From: Thermodesulfobacteriota bacterium
GTDB lineage: Bacteria; Desulfobacterota_D; UBA1144; Nemesobacterales; Nemesobacteraceae
Assembly (NCBI GenBank): GCA_965202785.1
Contig: OZ241855.1
Location: 864,001-928,000 of the forward strand
Reading direction: 5' to 3'
Length of the DNA stretch: 64,000 nt
The notes under the pieces are model-generated. The model was not told the origin of the DNA and searched no databases. It saw only the letters and a list, made by a program, of their open reading frames with translations. The translations under genes and the position numbers were made by a program. This document shows, one piece after another, positions 40,680 through 50,787 of this stretch; the stretch's first letter is position 1, and each line of letters opens with the position of its first letter.

Positions 40680-41750
40680 GTGGCGGGAAACAGCTTCGGA
40701 AGATTTTTCAGAATTACCACTTGGGGGGAATCCCACGGCCCCGCTCTGGGAGTTATAGTTGATGGCTGTCCCGCGGGACTTGAGCTTTGCGTCGAGGACA
40801 TACAGTATGAACTTGACAGAAGGCGCCCGGGGCAGAGCAGGATCACGACCCAGAGAAAGGAAGCCGACGCAATCGAGATACTCTCGGGTGTTTTTGAAGG
40901 AAAAACCCTTGGAACTCCCATATCCATGATGGTTAGAAACACAGACGCCATATCGAAATCCTACGAGGACATAAAGGATGTCTACCGTCCCGGCCACGCC
41001 GATTTCACCTACGACGAGAAATACGGGCGCAGGGACCACCGTGGAGGCGGGCGCTCCTCGGCGCGGGAAACGGTCGGCAGGGTGGCTGCCGCCGCGATAG
41101 CCAAAAAAATTCTTAATTCCCACGGAGTGACTACCACAGGGTACGTAAAGCAGGTGGGAGACATAGTCGCTCAGGACATTGATTTTGACCGGATCGAGGA
41201 AAACCCCGTACGCTGTCCCGACCCGCAAGCCGCGGAGAGGATGATCGATCTTATAGAATCAGTTAGAAAGGAGGGAGATTCCGTTGGAGGAACCGTAGAG
41301 GTAGTGTCCCAAGGGCTTCCTACGGGTCTCGGCGAGCCCGTGTTTAACAAACTTGATGCGGACCTCGCGCGCTCTCTTATGAGTATAGGGGGAATAAGGG
41401 GCTTCGAAGTGGGGATGGGTTTCGGGGTCGTCGAGAGAAAAGGTTCGCAGGTAAATGATCTCATGTATAAAAAGGAAGACGGAACCCTCGGCTTCAGAAC
41501 GAACAACTCGGGCGGCCTTCTGGGAGGAATAACCAGCGGGGCGGACTTGGTCGTGAGAATAGCCATAAAACCCACTTCTTCCATATCCCAGGTTCAGGAC
41601 ACCGTGGATAAAGAGGGAGAGAAAACCCAATTGCGGGTGAAGGGGAGGCACGATCCGTGTCTTTGCCCCAGGGCGGTTCCAATAGCGGAGGCCATGGTCA
41701 ATCTTGTTCTGGTCGATCACCTGCTGATCTCAAAACTGTCGACTATCTGA
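40680..41750 (+). CDS. aroC: chorismate synthase
   Basis: TWGESHG, RPGHAD, GGGRSSARET, GRHDPC. Confidence 0.98.
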   Translation: MAGNSFGRFFRITTWGESHGPALGVIVDGCPAGLELCVEDIQYELDRRRPGQSRITTQRKEADAIEILSGVFEGKTLGTPISMMVRNTDAISKSYEDIKDVYRPGHADFTYDEKYGRRDHRGGGRSSARETVGRVAAAAIAKKILNSHGVTTTGYVKQVGDIVAQDIDFDRIEENPVRCPDPQAAERMIDLIESVRKEGDSVGGTVEVVSQGLPTGLGEPVFNKLDADLARSLMSIGGIRGFEVGMGFGVVERKGSQVNDLMYKKEDGTLGFRTNNSGGLLGGITSGADLVVRIAIKPTSSISQVQDTVDKEGEKTQLRVKGRHDPCLCPRAVPIAEAMVNLVLVDHLLISKLSTI

Positions 41751-41761
41751 ATTTAACTGTC

Positions 41762-42106
41762 ATGTCGGAACTGTTCAGAATTTACGTAGGAGAGCAAGAG
41801 ATATACTCGGGACATCTGGCCGACGTACCTGATTACTACCGCCGCAATCTGGTCGAAGCAATTTCCGAGTGGGGGGAGTGTCTTAGCAAAAGCGGTTTCA
41901 GGGAGCTTCTTTATTCCTCTTTACATTGGTATAACCTGAAGACATATTACTGCGGGGATTGCGAAAAAGAGTCTGATGAGGGGGGTGCGTGCGGGGACTG
42001 CGACGGAGAGTTCTCGGAAACTTTCGTTCATGAAAGGGATCCGGGTATAGACAAGATAATGATGTGCATCGGTTTGATAGACCGCGTGGAGATGGAGGTT
42101 CTTTAG
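41762..42106 (+). CDS. hypothetical protein with CxxC-x9-CxxC zinc ribbon
   Basis: ATG 41762 just after the aroC stop; YYCGDCEKESDEGGACGDC. Confidence 0.65.
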   Translation: MSELFRIYVGEQEIYSGHLADVPDYYRRNLVEAISEWGECLSKSGFRELLYSSLHWYNLKTYYCGDCEKESDEGGACGDCDGEFSETFVHERDPGIDKIMMCIGLIDRVEMEVL

Positions 42107-42120
42107 TTTTTCAGGCTGTC

Positions 42121-42402
42121 ATGAAGTTTCTCGTTAAAGGACACATCTATCCCAAGGCCTGGGAGATCGCCAAAAGCGTTAAGAGGCTAAGGGAAGAGCG
42201 GAAAAAAGTTAACATAGGAAGCGGAACGATCGGCTATACGGTTTACGAGGTTGATCTTCCTGAGCAAACCGTAAAAACGGGAAACTACCTTACTACTCCC
42301 CAAGGAATACGACTCTACCACAACTCGGGCGACTATTACGGGATCGGTTACCTGATCTCGGAAATAGACAATGACCCGCTTGTCTCAAAACATTTTTCCT
42401 GA
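42121..42402 (+). CDS. hypothetical protein
   Basis: MKFLVKGHIYPK... 93 aa, same strand, 14 bp after the previous ORF. Confidence 0.55.
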   Translation: MKFLVKGHIYPKAWEIAKSVKRLREERKKVNIGSGTIGYTVYEVDLPEQTVKTGNYLTTPQGIRLYHNSGDYYGIGYLISEIDNDPLVSKHFS

Positions 42403-43056
42403 ATACAGATCCCACAGAGGGACAAGCCGCACTAACAGATCTCGGGTTTCGAGAATAAAAGCGGCAGGATCCGCTGCTACCTCGCTCGGTTCCCGCGTCT
42501 GAAGAGCGCAAAGGTGCGGCCCTTCAAGAAAACTTTCCGCCTTTGCCGGGTCGAGCGTCCGGTCAACTTCGCCATACTTTTTGCACGCGACCAAATCAAT
42601 ATCAGTTCCGAGGCCGATTTCTTGGGCCAAATTGATGACTCCCTGTGAATCATTTTCAATTTCTTCGGCCATCGGGGCGTCGGGGGCGAGTAGCGAGGTA
42701 GGCACGTAAAGTCCCCGCCATACGCCTTCCGGCTGAAGGCCCAGAAATAATTGAGCGTCAAGTCTTTTGCGCCCCTCTCTGTAAAAAAGAGCGAGCATGT
42801 TGTCTTTGTAGGGACTTTGCCCTTTGGCAAAACGCATGTCCCGGTTTATCCGGGTAATCGTTTTGTTGACGGTGGGGCGGATCTCGCAGTCTTTGATCAC
42901 TTCGCGGAGACTGGGACCTATGTCGGCGACGGCTTGGCGCAAGGGCCCGAGGAGGCTTTCCTCGTACCGCCCGCGGTTTTCCTCAAACCATGTCTTGTCG
43001 CGCGGACTGCTGAGATCCTTTAGAAAACGGAAGGTTTCTGAGGAGAAGCGCTTCAT
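42385..43056 (-). CDS. DUF2461 family protein
   Basis: FSSETFRFLKDL...WFEENRGRY, RINRDMRFAKGQSPYK. Confidence 0.8.
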   Translation of the reverse strand: MKRFSSETFRFLKDLSSPRDKTWFEENRGRYEESLLGPLRQAVADIGPSLREVIKDCEIRPTVNKTITRINRDMRFAKGQSPYKDNMLALFYREGRKRLDAQLFLGLQPEGVWRGLYVPTSLLAPDAPMAEEIENDSQGVINLAQEIGLGTDIDLVACKKYGEVDRTLDPAKAESFLEGPHLCALQTREPSEVAADPAAFILETRDLLVRLVPLWDLYSGKMF

Positions 43057-43114
43057 ATGTGGTGCTGTCCGGCTTCAGTCCGCTTGACTTGCGGACGTCA
43101 CATAGTAACGGCGC

Positions 43115-44254
43115 CTATGCCGTTCCCAACATTTCCGATACCTTGGCAACACCGGCTCCGCCCGTGAAGTCGTGTCCCAAAGATTCCAAGACGGATTCAA
43201 GGGCCGAAACAAACGCTACCATGTCGTTTCGGTCGACGTCTCCTATGTGGGATACCCGGAAGATTTTCCCCTTGGCATGATCCTGTCCGCCTGCGACGGT
43301 CATACCGAATTTCGCTTGAAGCTCGGAGATGATCTTTCCTGCCCCTATTTCTTCGGGTGCTACTCCCACGGTAAGTGCCGGGCTTGCCGCATCAGTGGTG
43401 AAGAGATCTATGTCGATCGCTTGCAGCGCCTGGCGGGTCGCAAGCGACATCATCTCACGTTTTCTGTAAATGTTCTCCATTCCCTCTTCCATAAATCCCT
43501 CTATAACTTTGCCGAGGCCGACTATGAGAGTGACGGCCGGGGTCCAAGGTGTCGTGTTTTTCTGGGCGCTTTTCTGGTAGTCAGCAAAGTTGAGATAGAA
43601 CTTCGGGAGGTCCGAGGTCTTGTTGAATTCCCAGGCTTTCTCGCTCATCGCTGCGAATGAAAGCCCCGGGGGGAGCATGAAAGCCTTCTGCGAACCGCCC
43701 ACGAGAACATCTATTCCCAGCTCGTCAAACGGGAGAGGAAACACCCCGACGGCGGTTATGCCGTCAACTATCAACAGCACGTCGTCTCTTTTCGAGGTAA
43801 TCGCCGCGACTTGATCGGTTGGGTGCTTGACTCCGGTGGAGGTTTCACTTGCCTGCATCAGAACCGCCCTTATCGAGGGGTCGCTGTCGAGTTTCTCCTC
43901 TATGATTGCGGAGGAAACCGCCTCGCCCCAAGTAACGCCTATCTCATCCACTTCTAGTCCGTAGGCCCTTGCGATCTTTCCCCACCTCTCTCCGAATTTC
44001 CCGCCGTTTACCGTGATTACCTTATCGCCTGCGCGGAGAGTGTTCACAACTGCTCCTTCCATGGCGCCGGTTCCCGAAGCCGCCAGTATAAAAACTTCGT
44101 TTTCGGTCTGAAAAATGTGTTTCAGCCCTTCTCTTGCCCGCTCGAATATAGCTTCGAATTCCTTGGTTCTGTGGTGAATGAGCGGTCTTGCCATCTCAAC
44201 CATTATTTCGCTTGAGACCGCGACAGGACCCGGGGTCAGCAGCAATCTTTTCAT
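43115..44254 (-). CDS. class V aminotransferase (alanine--glyoxylate/serine--pyruvate family)
   Basis: LLTPGP, SGTGAME, ETSTGV, GSQKAFMLPPG (PLP lysine). Confidence 0.92.
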   Translation of the reverse strand: MKRLLLTPGPVAVSSEIMVEMARPLIHHRTKEFEAIFERAREGLKHIFQTENEVFILAASGTGAMEGAVVNTLRAGDKVITVNGGKFGERWGKIARAYGLEVDEIGVTWGEAVSSAIIEEKLDSDPSIRAVLMQASETSTGVKHPTDQVAAITSKRDDVLLIVDGITAVGVFPLPFDELGIDVLVGGSQKAFMLPPGLSFAAMSEKAWEFNKTSDLPKFYLNFADYQKSAQKNTTPWTPAVTLIVGLGKVIEGFMEEGMENIYRKREMMSLATRQALQAIDIDLFTTDAASPALTVGVAPEEIGAGKIISELQAKFGMTVAGGQDHAKGKIFRVSHIGDVDRNDMVAFVSALESVLESLGHDFTGGAGVAKVSEMLGTA

Positions 44255-44406
44255 TTGGTGTTTCTCCTCACATTATTAAAGGATTAAATCAAAGCGGATA
44301 AAATACCCACAAACCTGCGGCGTTTCAATTGATCCGCATGTCGTTTTTTTGAATTCGCAGGTTATTTGCGTACTATGTTTCGGTGCGTTCTAAGGAGGTA
44401 TCTTAG

Positions 44407-45529
44407 ATGAAAGAAGAACTGCGCGGTCTTGTAGAAGACCTCAGAAGCAGAATCCACAGGACAGGAGACTGTCTTTGACCTGCCTTCCAAGGCTAACAGA
44501 CTCAAAGAACTTGAAAAAATTACTTCAGGTCCCGGCTTCTGGGACAATTCTGAACTAGCGCGCAAGACGCTTCAGGAACAATCCGAAATCAAGGACCGTA
44601 TTTCGGGATTCGAGAAGCTCCGTTCCGACATGGAGGACGCGGCGTGTCTTTTCGAACTTGCGGTCGGTGAAGACGATCAGGATTCGATTGAAGAGGCAGG
44701 TAGCATGCTTGCGTCCGTAGAAGCCAGGCTTGCCGAACTTGAGTTCACCCGGATTCTTGGCGGTCCTGACGACGCTCGAAACGCCATAGTATCGGTAAAC
44801 GCCGGGGCGGGGGGGACAGAAGCTCAGGACTGGGCCGAGATGCTTCTTCGCATGTACCTTCGGTACGCGGAGAGAAAGGGGTTTTCAGCGAAACTGCTTG
44901 AGACTCAGGACGGAGAGGAAGCCGGCATAAAGAGCGCCACTATTCTTGCCCAAGGGGGGTTTGCTTTCGGTTATCTCAAGGCGGAGACCGGGGTTCACAG
45001 ACTGGTGAGGATATCCCCGTTTGACTCGAATAAAAGGAGGCACACGTCGTTCGCCTCGGTTTTTGTTTCTCCCGAGATAGATGATTCAATAGAGGTGAAC
45101 ATAGAGGAAAAGGACCTCAGGATTGACACTTACCGTGCGAGCGGAAAGGGCGGACAGCACGTTAACAAAACGGATTCCGCGGTCCGCATCACCCACCTGC
45201 CCACCGGAGTTGCGGTCAGCTGCCAGAACGAGAGGTCGCAACGCCAGAACAAGGAAAGTGCCATGAAGATACTCAAGGCAAGGCTCTACGAACTGCGCAG
45301 GATGGAGGAAAAACAAAAAGAAGATGAACTCAATTCTTCGAAAAAGGAAATCGGCTGGGGAAGTCAGATAAGATCGTATGTCATGCACCCCTATCGCATG
45401 GTGAAAGATCACCGTACCAATTTCGAGTCCTCAGGGGTTGATGCGATACTTGACGGAGAGATAGATGATTTTATAGAATCGTATCTTTTGCATGATGCGA
45501 CTGAAAATCCAGGGGAGGAAGCGACTTGA
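44407..45529 (+). CDS. prfB: peptide chain release factor 2 (programmed +1 frameshift)
   Basis: ATG 44407, 23 codons ending CTT TGA C (44473-44479); the +1 frame runs into the 44630 ORF; SPF and GGQ motifs. Confidence 0.96.
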
Positions 45530-46392
45530 AGTTCGGTATAACGGGTAAAAAGGATAGCGCGGAAGTCTACGAGATTGCCAGGCGGCTGTGCGGGTGGCTT
45601 CGCGAAAGAGACATAGAGTTCTTCGTTGAGGAGAATCTTGGGCGGAGCATAGACGCTGAGAACGTGCTTGCGGAGCGCGACCTAGCTGCGGCCGTCGACA
45701 TAATAGTTGTGTTCGGGGGTGACGGTTCCTTTATCTGGGTTTCACGGATGGTGCAGGGCCACGATGTATCAATACTGGGCTGCAATCTCGGCGGACTCGG
45801 GTTTCTCACTGAATTCACTGTGGATGAGTTTTTTCCGATGATGGAGAGAGTGCTAGCCGGAGACTACGAGATAGAAAAAAGGGACATGATATCGTGCTGC
45901 GTAGACAGAAAGGACGGAGAGCGGGAAGAATTCACGGTACTAAACGACGTAGTTATAAACAACGGTCCAATTTCCAAGGTTGTGGATCTCTCCATATATA
46001 TAAACGAAAAATACGTTACGACCTTTAAGGCTGACGGAATTATCTTCGCGACCCCTACCGGCTCAACCGCCTATTCTCTTTCTGCGGGCGGGCCGATAAT
46101 TTATCCGACGCTGCCCGTGATAACCGTCACTCCAATATGTCCGCATATTCTTACCAACAGGCCTATCGTGGTTCCCTACACGAAAAAGATAAGGACGAGG
46201 GTGCTTACCGACATACAGAACACCTACCTCACGCTTGACGGTCAGGTGGGAGTTCCTCTTTATCTCGGCGACGAGGTTGTTCTTGAGGGTTCGGAGAGCT
46301 ACGTGAATATCATAAAATCTCCTTTCAGGGATTATTTCAACATTCTGAAGACAAAGCTTATGTGGAGCGGGAGATATGAAAATTCCGAGTGA
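45526..46392 (+). CDS. nadK: NAD(+) kinase
   Basis: GGDGS, LGFL, LNDVV, ADGIIFATPTGSTAYSLSAGGP. Confidence 0.95.
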   Translation: MKFGITGKKDSAEVYEIARRLCGWLRERDIEFFVEENLGRSIDAENVLAERDLAAAVDIIVVFGGDGSFIWVSRMVQGHDVSILGCNLGGLGFLTEFTVDEFFPMMERVLAGDYEIEKRDMISCCVDRKDGEREEFTVLNDVVINNGPISKVVDLSIYINEKYVTTFKADGIIFATPTGSTAYSLSAGGPIIYPTLPVITVTPICPHILTNRPIVVPYTKKIRTRVLTDIQNTYLTLDGQVGVPLYLGDEVVLEGSESYVNIIKSPFRDYFNILKTKLMWSGRYENSE

Positions 46393-46744
46393 GGAGAAGT
46401 TAATCCATGACTGGGTAATAAGTCAGGTGGAGCACAAATACTCCTCCCTTTATAATGAGATAAGTACCAACCCCGGCGAAGAGCAACTCTGTGAGTTCGA
46501 GGGTTTTTTCCCCGACGTAATTCTCGGTTCATATGGGCAGGTCGTGCAGATTATTGAAGTTGAGACCGAAGCCACTATCGACGAAAAAAGAAGCGAGTAC
46601 TGGAAAGCGCTCTCGGAGCTTTCAGTCCAGCTTATCCTGCTCGTTCCCGCAAAGTCAAAGACCCACGTCACAGATCTTTGCTGGAAATGCGGGCTCGCCG
46701 GCAAAGTGAAAATAGGAACTTTCGAGGTCTCAATCAGGATATAG
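46376..46744 (+). CDS. hypothetical protein, possible minimal PD-(D/E)XK-like fold
   Basis: FPDVIL...IIEVETE pattern; overlaps the nadK end. Confidence 0.55.
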   Translation: MKIPSEEKLIHDWVISQVEHKYSSLYNEISTNPGEEQLCEFEGFFPDVILGSYGQVVQIIEVETEATIDEKRSEYWKALSELSVQLILLVPAKSKTHVTDLCWKCGLAGKVKIGTFEVSIRI

Positions 46745-47683
46745 GGAGCTTCCGGGCGTTCCCATGAACTGCCCTTCCCGAAGATCTTTTTTGCCCCGTT
46801 TGAATTCAGGAGCGTCCATTTTTCTCCCCCCTTCGATTTGAAGGGAGAGTATCTGCAAGATCCCATTACCCGTTGCAACATCCAAGCTTTCTCCCCCGAG
46901 CGATACTATTTCTCCGGGTCTTCCCTGCCCCGGGCCCGAAAGTGCCCTTAATATCTTGAGGTTTTTTCCCCCGAGCGTGGTGTGGGCGCACGGCCACGGA
47001 GTCATCGCCCTTACTAGGTTCTTTATCTCTTCTGCGTCCCGGTTCCAGTCCACCCGGCCGTCTTTTCTCGAAATAAGAGGTGCGTAGGTGGCTGCGGCCG
47101 GATCCTGCTTTACAGGAGATATTTCATTTTTTGCGATGCGGTCGATCGTTTGCAAAAGAAGCTGTGCTCCTTCAAGCGAAAGTTTTTTTGAAAGTTCCTC
47201 GGCGGTTTCCTCATCCCCTATCGGCACCTCTGTTTGAGCGAGAATGTCTCCCGTGTCCATTTCCTCGTCAATATACATGATTGTAACTCCCGTTTTTTTC
47301 TCTCCCTTCGCTATCGCCCAGTTAATCGGGGCTGCTCCCCTGTAGCTGGGAAGCAGCGATGCATGAAGGTTTACGCAACCGAAAGGGGGTGCGTCAAGCA
47401 TGGCGGTGGGAAGCATCTTTCCGTAGGCTACGACCGCTATGAGATCGGGGGAAAGGGCCTTCAGTGTCTCTTCGAACTCGGGTGTTTTTAAGTCTTGGGG
47501 CTGAAAAACGGGGACTCCGCGCTCCGCGGCAATTTTTTTTGTTTCCGGCCATACGGGTTTTCGACTTCTCCCCCTTGGCCTGTCCGGCTTCGAGAGAAGC
47601 GCGATTACCTCGTGGAGAGAATCGCAAAGTACCTCAAGCGATGGTACGGCGAATTCTGGTGTTCCGGCGAAAAGAATTCTCAT
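46730..47683 (-). CDS. fmt: methionyl-tRNA formyltransferase
   Basis: FAGTPEFA, VVAYG, NLHASLLPSYRGAAPI, MDTGD. Confidence 0.97.
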   Translation of the reverse strand: MRILFAGTPEFAVPSLEVLCDSLHEVIALLSKPDRPRGRSRKPVWPETKKIAAERGVPVFQPQDLKTPEFEETLKALSPDLIAVVAYGKMLPTAMLDAPPFGCVNLHASLLPSYRGAAPINWAIAKGEKKTGVTIMYIDEEMDTGDILAQTEVPIGDEETAEELSKKLSLEGAQLLLQTIDRIAKNEISPVKQDPAAATYAPLISRKDGRVDWNRDAEEIKNLVRAMTPWPCAHTTLGGKNLKILRALSGPGQGRPGEIVSLGGESLDVATGNGILQILSLQIEGGRKMDAPEFKRGKKDLREGQFMGTPGSSLYPD

Positions 47684-47779
47684 TTTTCCGTGTTCTTAAA
47701 GGAAGCGATTGCTTCAGTCTCCATATTTTTGCGCCTGCATGCGATTTTTGCTCTAAACGGTTTTTTTCAGTGCACACTG

Positions 47780-47796
47780 TGCACATTTTTTAGGCA
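47780..47796 (+). promoter_or_regulatory. NtrC-like upstream activator site
   Basis: TGCAC-N7-AGGCA vs NtrC consensus TGCAC-N7-GTGCA, about 110 bp upstream of the sigma54 element. Confidence 0.45.
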
Positions 47797-47903
47797 TGGT
47801 TTGCAGGCTCTAAGTCTACTTGAAAATCTCGAGCCCTTGGGGATTTATTTTTTTCTAGTTATTTCAGAGGGTTAGAGGGAGCACTTCCTGTCTTCTGGTT
47901 TTA

Positions 47904-47919
47904 TGGCCCTTTAATTGCA
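47904..47919 (+). promoter_or_regulatory. sigma54 (-24/-12) promoter of the amt-porin operon
   Basis: TGGCCCTTTAATTGCA, exact GG-N10-GC spacing, 44 bp before the amt start. Confidence 0.75.
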
Positions 47920-47963
47920 AAAGGTATTGAGAAGAAAATTGTCCAAACATGGAGGAGTTGGTT

Positions 47964-49316
47964 ATGAATATCGCAGATTTTTTAAGAAAACCCTTCGGAT
48001 GCAGCCGCGTGCTGTTTCTTTCGGTTTTCGCTTTTGTTGTTCTGGGGGGCTATTCAGCTTTTGCGTCAGAAGGTGCGGCCCATTCTGTCTTCGTGGCGAA
48101 CAACGTGTGGATGCTGCTTGCGACTTTTCTTGTCTTTATAATGCATCTCGGATTTGCCTCTCTCGAGACCGGACTTACCAGATCAAAGAACACGGTAAAC
48201 ATACTTTTTAAAAACACGTTTATCATTTCAGCGGGCATTCTCACTTACGCACTTATGGGTTTTAACCTTATGTACCCGGGGGATTTCAACCTTATAAGTG
48301 GCGGCATCTTCGGCTTTGCCGGTTTCGGTATTTCATCGCCGGCCGGGGCTGAGGGGCTCATAGAGTATGCAGATGGTGGCTATACCTACTACACCGATTT
48401 CATATTCCAGGCAATGTTTGCCGCAACAGCGGCCACGATTGTCTCTGGAGCTGTTGCCGAACGTATAAAGCTTTCAAGTTTTCTTATTTTCGCAACCATA
48501 TTCGTCGCCATCGTGTATCCCATAGCTGGGTCCTGGAAATGGGGTGGCGGATGGCTTGATCAGATGGGTTTTTACGATTTCGCCGGTTCCACGCTCGTTC
48601 ACAGCGTAGGCGGATGGGGAGGACTTGTCGGAGCCTATCTTCTCGGCCCGCGCATAGGGAAATACCTCGCCTCAGGAGCGATGAGACCGATTCCCGGTCA
48701 TTCGCTACCTCTTCTTGCTATCGGCGTGTTCCTGCTCTGGATGGGGTGGTTCGGTTTTAACGGCGGTTCGGTGCTGAGCGCGGATCCGGAACTGATTTCG
48801 CTGGTCATAGTGACGACTTCGCTTGCGGCTGCTGCGGGCGCTTTAGGAGCGGCTTTCACGTCGTGGGGAACTTTTAAGTATCCTGACCTCTCCATGGCTC
48901 TAAACGGTGTGCTTGCGGGTCTTGTGGGAATCACCGCCGGAGCCGACGTGGTCTCTCCGGGAGAGGCGGTCATCATAGGACTTGTGGCCGGAATAATAGT
49001 GGTTTTCGCGGTCAGTTTCTTCGACAAGATAAGAATAGATGACCCGGTGGGTGCGATTTCCGTTCACCTGGTCTGCGGTATATGGGGAACGCTTGCCGTG
49101 GGAATTTTCGGAGGACCGGATTTCAGCTTTATGGTCCAGCTTATCGGAGTTCTGGCATACGGAGCCTTCACGGTTGTCTGCGCCTTCATCATCTTCTACG
49201 CCATAAAGATGGTTATGGGTATAAGGGTGAGCGAGGAAGAAGAGAGAAGAGGGCTCGACATAACCGAGCACGGAATGGAGTCCTATCCGGATTTCCAAGC
49301 CGCATCGGAGATTTAA
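47964..49316 (+). CDS. amtB: ammonium transporter (Amt family)
   Basis: FQAMFAATAATIVSGAVAER, DFAGSTLVH, GWFGFNGGS, DDPVGAISVH; GGAGGAG RBS before ATG 47964. Confidence 0.95.
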   Translation: MNIADFLRKPFGCSRVLFLSVFAFVVLGGYSAFASEGAAHSVFVANNVWMLLATFLVFIMHLGFASLETGLTRSKNTVNILFKNTFIISAGILTYALMGFNLMYPGDFNLISGGIFGFAGFGISSPAGAEGLIEYADGGYTYYTDFIFQAMFAATAATIVSGAVAERIKLSSFLIFATIFVAIVYPIAGSWKWGGGWLDQMGFYDFAGSTLVHSVGGWGGLVGAYLLGPRIGKYLASGAMRPIPGHSLPLLAIGVFLLWMGWFGFNGGSVLSADPELISLVIVTTSLAAAAGALGAAFTSWGTFKYPDLSMALNGVLAGLVGITAGADVVSPGEAVIIGLVAGIIVVFAVSFFDKIRIDDPVGAISVHLVCGIWGTLAVGIFGGPDFSFMVQLIGVLAYGAFTVVCAFIIFYAIKMVMGIRVSEEEERRGLDITEHGMESYPDFQAASEI

Positions 49317-49370
49317 TAGCAGCATGAAAACAGGAAAAAGGAAAATAACAACTCTTATAGGAGGAGAAAA

Positions 49371-50465
49371 ATGAGAAGTATAGTTTCTAAACTTTCATTG
49401 ATGATGATCGCGGCGGCTTTGCTGCTCGGGACCCAGTTCGGGGCCCCGAGGGCAAACGCCCTTGATCTCGGAAACCTCGAGTCGATCGGACTCGGCTTTT
49501 CGCTTGACACGACTTATCAGTATGTTTCGAACGGGGAAGTCGGAGAGGGTATTGCTGAGAGGGGTCTTTATCCCGAACACAACGATTTCTCTATAGATGC
49601 CTTTACGCTTTCGCTTGAAAAGGTTCCGACCGTCGGCGACGGAGCAATGGATCAGGTGGGTTTCAGGGCTGATGTTCTTTTTGGCGAGCAGGCTGAACGT
49701 CTCGGCTTCGGTTTTAACACCGACGGCGACGGCGCGGTAAGTCCTTATCAGGCTTACATAAACGTGCTCGTTCCATCGGGTGCCGGCGGTCTTAACATCT
49801 ACGCCGGTCAGTTCACCACGCTTGCGGGCTGGGAACTTATAGAAGCCAAGGACAACACCAACATAACGAGATCCCTGCTTTTTTACAGGATTCCGTTTGC
49901 GCACAGCGGTGTCCGGGCGACCTTCAGTGCCGGATCACTCGATTTCGCTCTCGGCTTAAGCAACGACTGGGACGCGGTTGATGATGTGGATGACGGCAAG
50001 ACGTTTGAATCGCAGATTGCGCTTAATTTCGCGAACGACGGCTGGCTCGGTGTTACCGGGTACTTCGGTGATACTGATGGCGATACCAGGACCCTTGTGA
50101 CGGTCGTTGGTACCATGACCCTCATGGAGAAGGTCACCTTGATAGCCGATTTCGAGTACACGTCGCATGACGCGGGGGGAGACCGTTGGGGTTTTGCCGG
50201 TTACGCGATAGTAAGTCTTGCGGACTCCATGTCACTCGCTCTCAGGGGTGAGTACGTTGATGAGTCGGAAAGAGTTGATACGCCGGACCTTGAGCTCTAC
50301 GAGTTCACCTCGACTCTTATATTGACTCCTTTCGAGTCCATGGGGAATTTCGAGACGAGGGTTGAGTACAGGTACGACAACGCGAACGGCGACGACTCTT
50401 ATTTTGCCGGGGAAGAGGATCAGCACGGATTTGCCGTACAGCTTCTTTACTGGCTTGACGTATAA
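49371..50465 (+). CDS. outer-membrane beta-barrel porin (BBP2/OmpL-like)
   Basis: signal peptide; QAYI, GQFTTLAGWELIEAKDNTNITRS, PFAHSGVR, RVEYRYD; alternating beta-strand pattern. Confidence 0.8.
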   Translation: MRSIVSKLSLMMIAAALLLGTQFGAPRANALDLGNLESIGLGFSLDTTYQYVSNGEVGEGIAERGLYPEHNDFSIDAFTLSLEKVPTVGDGAMDQVGFRADVLFGEQAERLGFGFNTDGDGAVSPYQAYINVLVPSGAGGLNIYAGQFTTLAGWELIEAKDNTNITRSLLFYRIPFAHSGVRATFSAGSLDFALGLSNDWDAVDDVDDGKTFESQIALNFANDGWLGVTGYFGDTDGDTRTLVTVVGTMTLMEKVTLIADFEYTSHDAGGDRWGFAGYAIVSLADSMSLALRGEYVDESERVDTPDLELYEFTSTLILTPFESMGNFETRVEYRYDNANGDDSYFAGEEDQHGFAVQLLYWLDV

Positions 50466-50551
50466 ATAGAGGAAACAAAACACAACGCAGAAGAAAAAAA
50501 CCATCTCTCCATACCTCTTTTTTCTGTGTTCATGGGGCTTCGGTTCTTTAG

Positions 50552-50571
50552 AAAAGGGCCGGGGCCCTTTT
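50552..50571. terminator. putative bidirectional intrinsic terminator
   Basis: AAAAGGGC-CGGG-GCCCTTTT after the porin gene. Confidence 0.6.
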
Positions 50572-50645
50572 GTTTATGAATGAAGGAATTTTGTTTCTTG
50601 AAACAAAATATTTTCTTCGGGTAGAATTAAACCCCGTTTGTTTCT

Positions 50646-50718
<73 letters not shown>

Positions 50719-50787
50719 CATTATTTTCATGGTATTTTTGCGGGAGAAGCGGAATCTTCCCTTTTTTCTGCCTAGGCTAGGTGGTTT

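Noticed and set aside
44630-45529. prfB as an N-terminally truncated gene or pseudogene
   Set aside because: Explained by the programmed frameshift at 44473-44479
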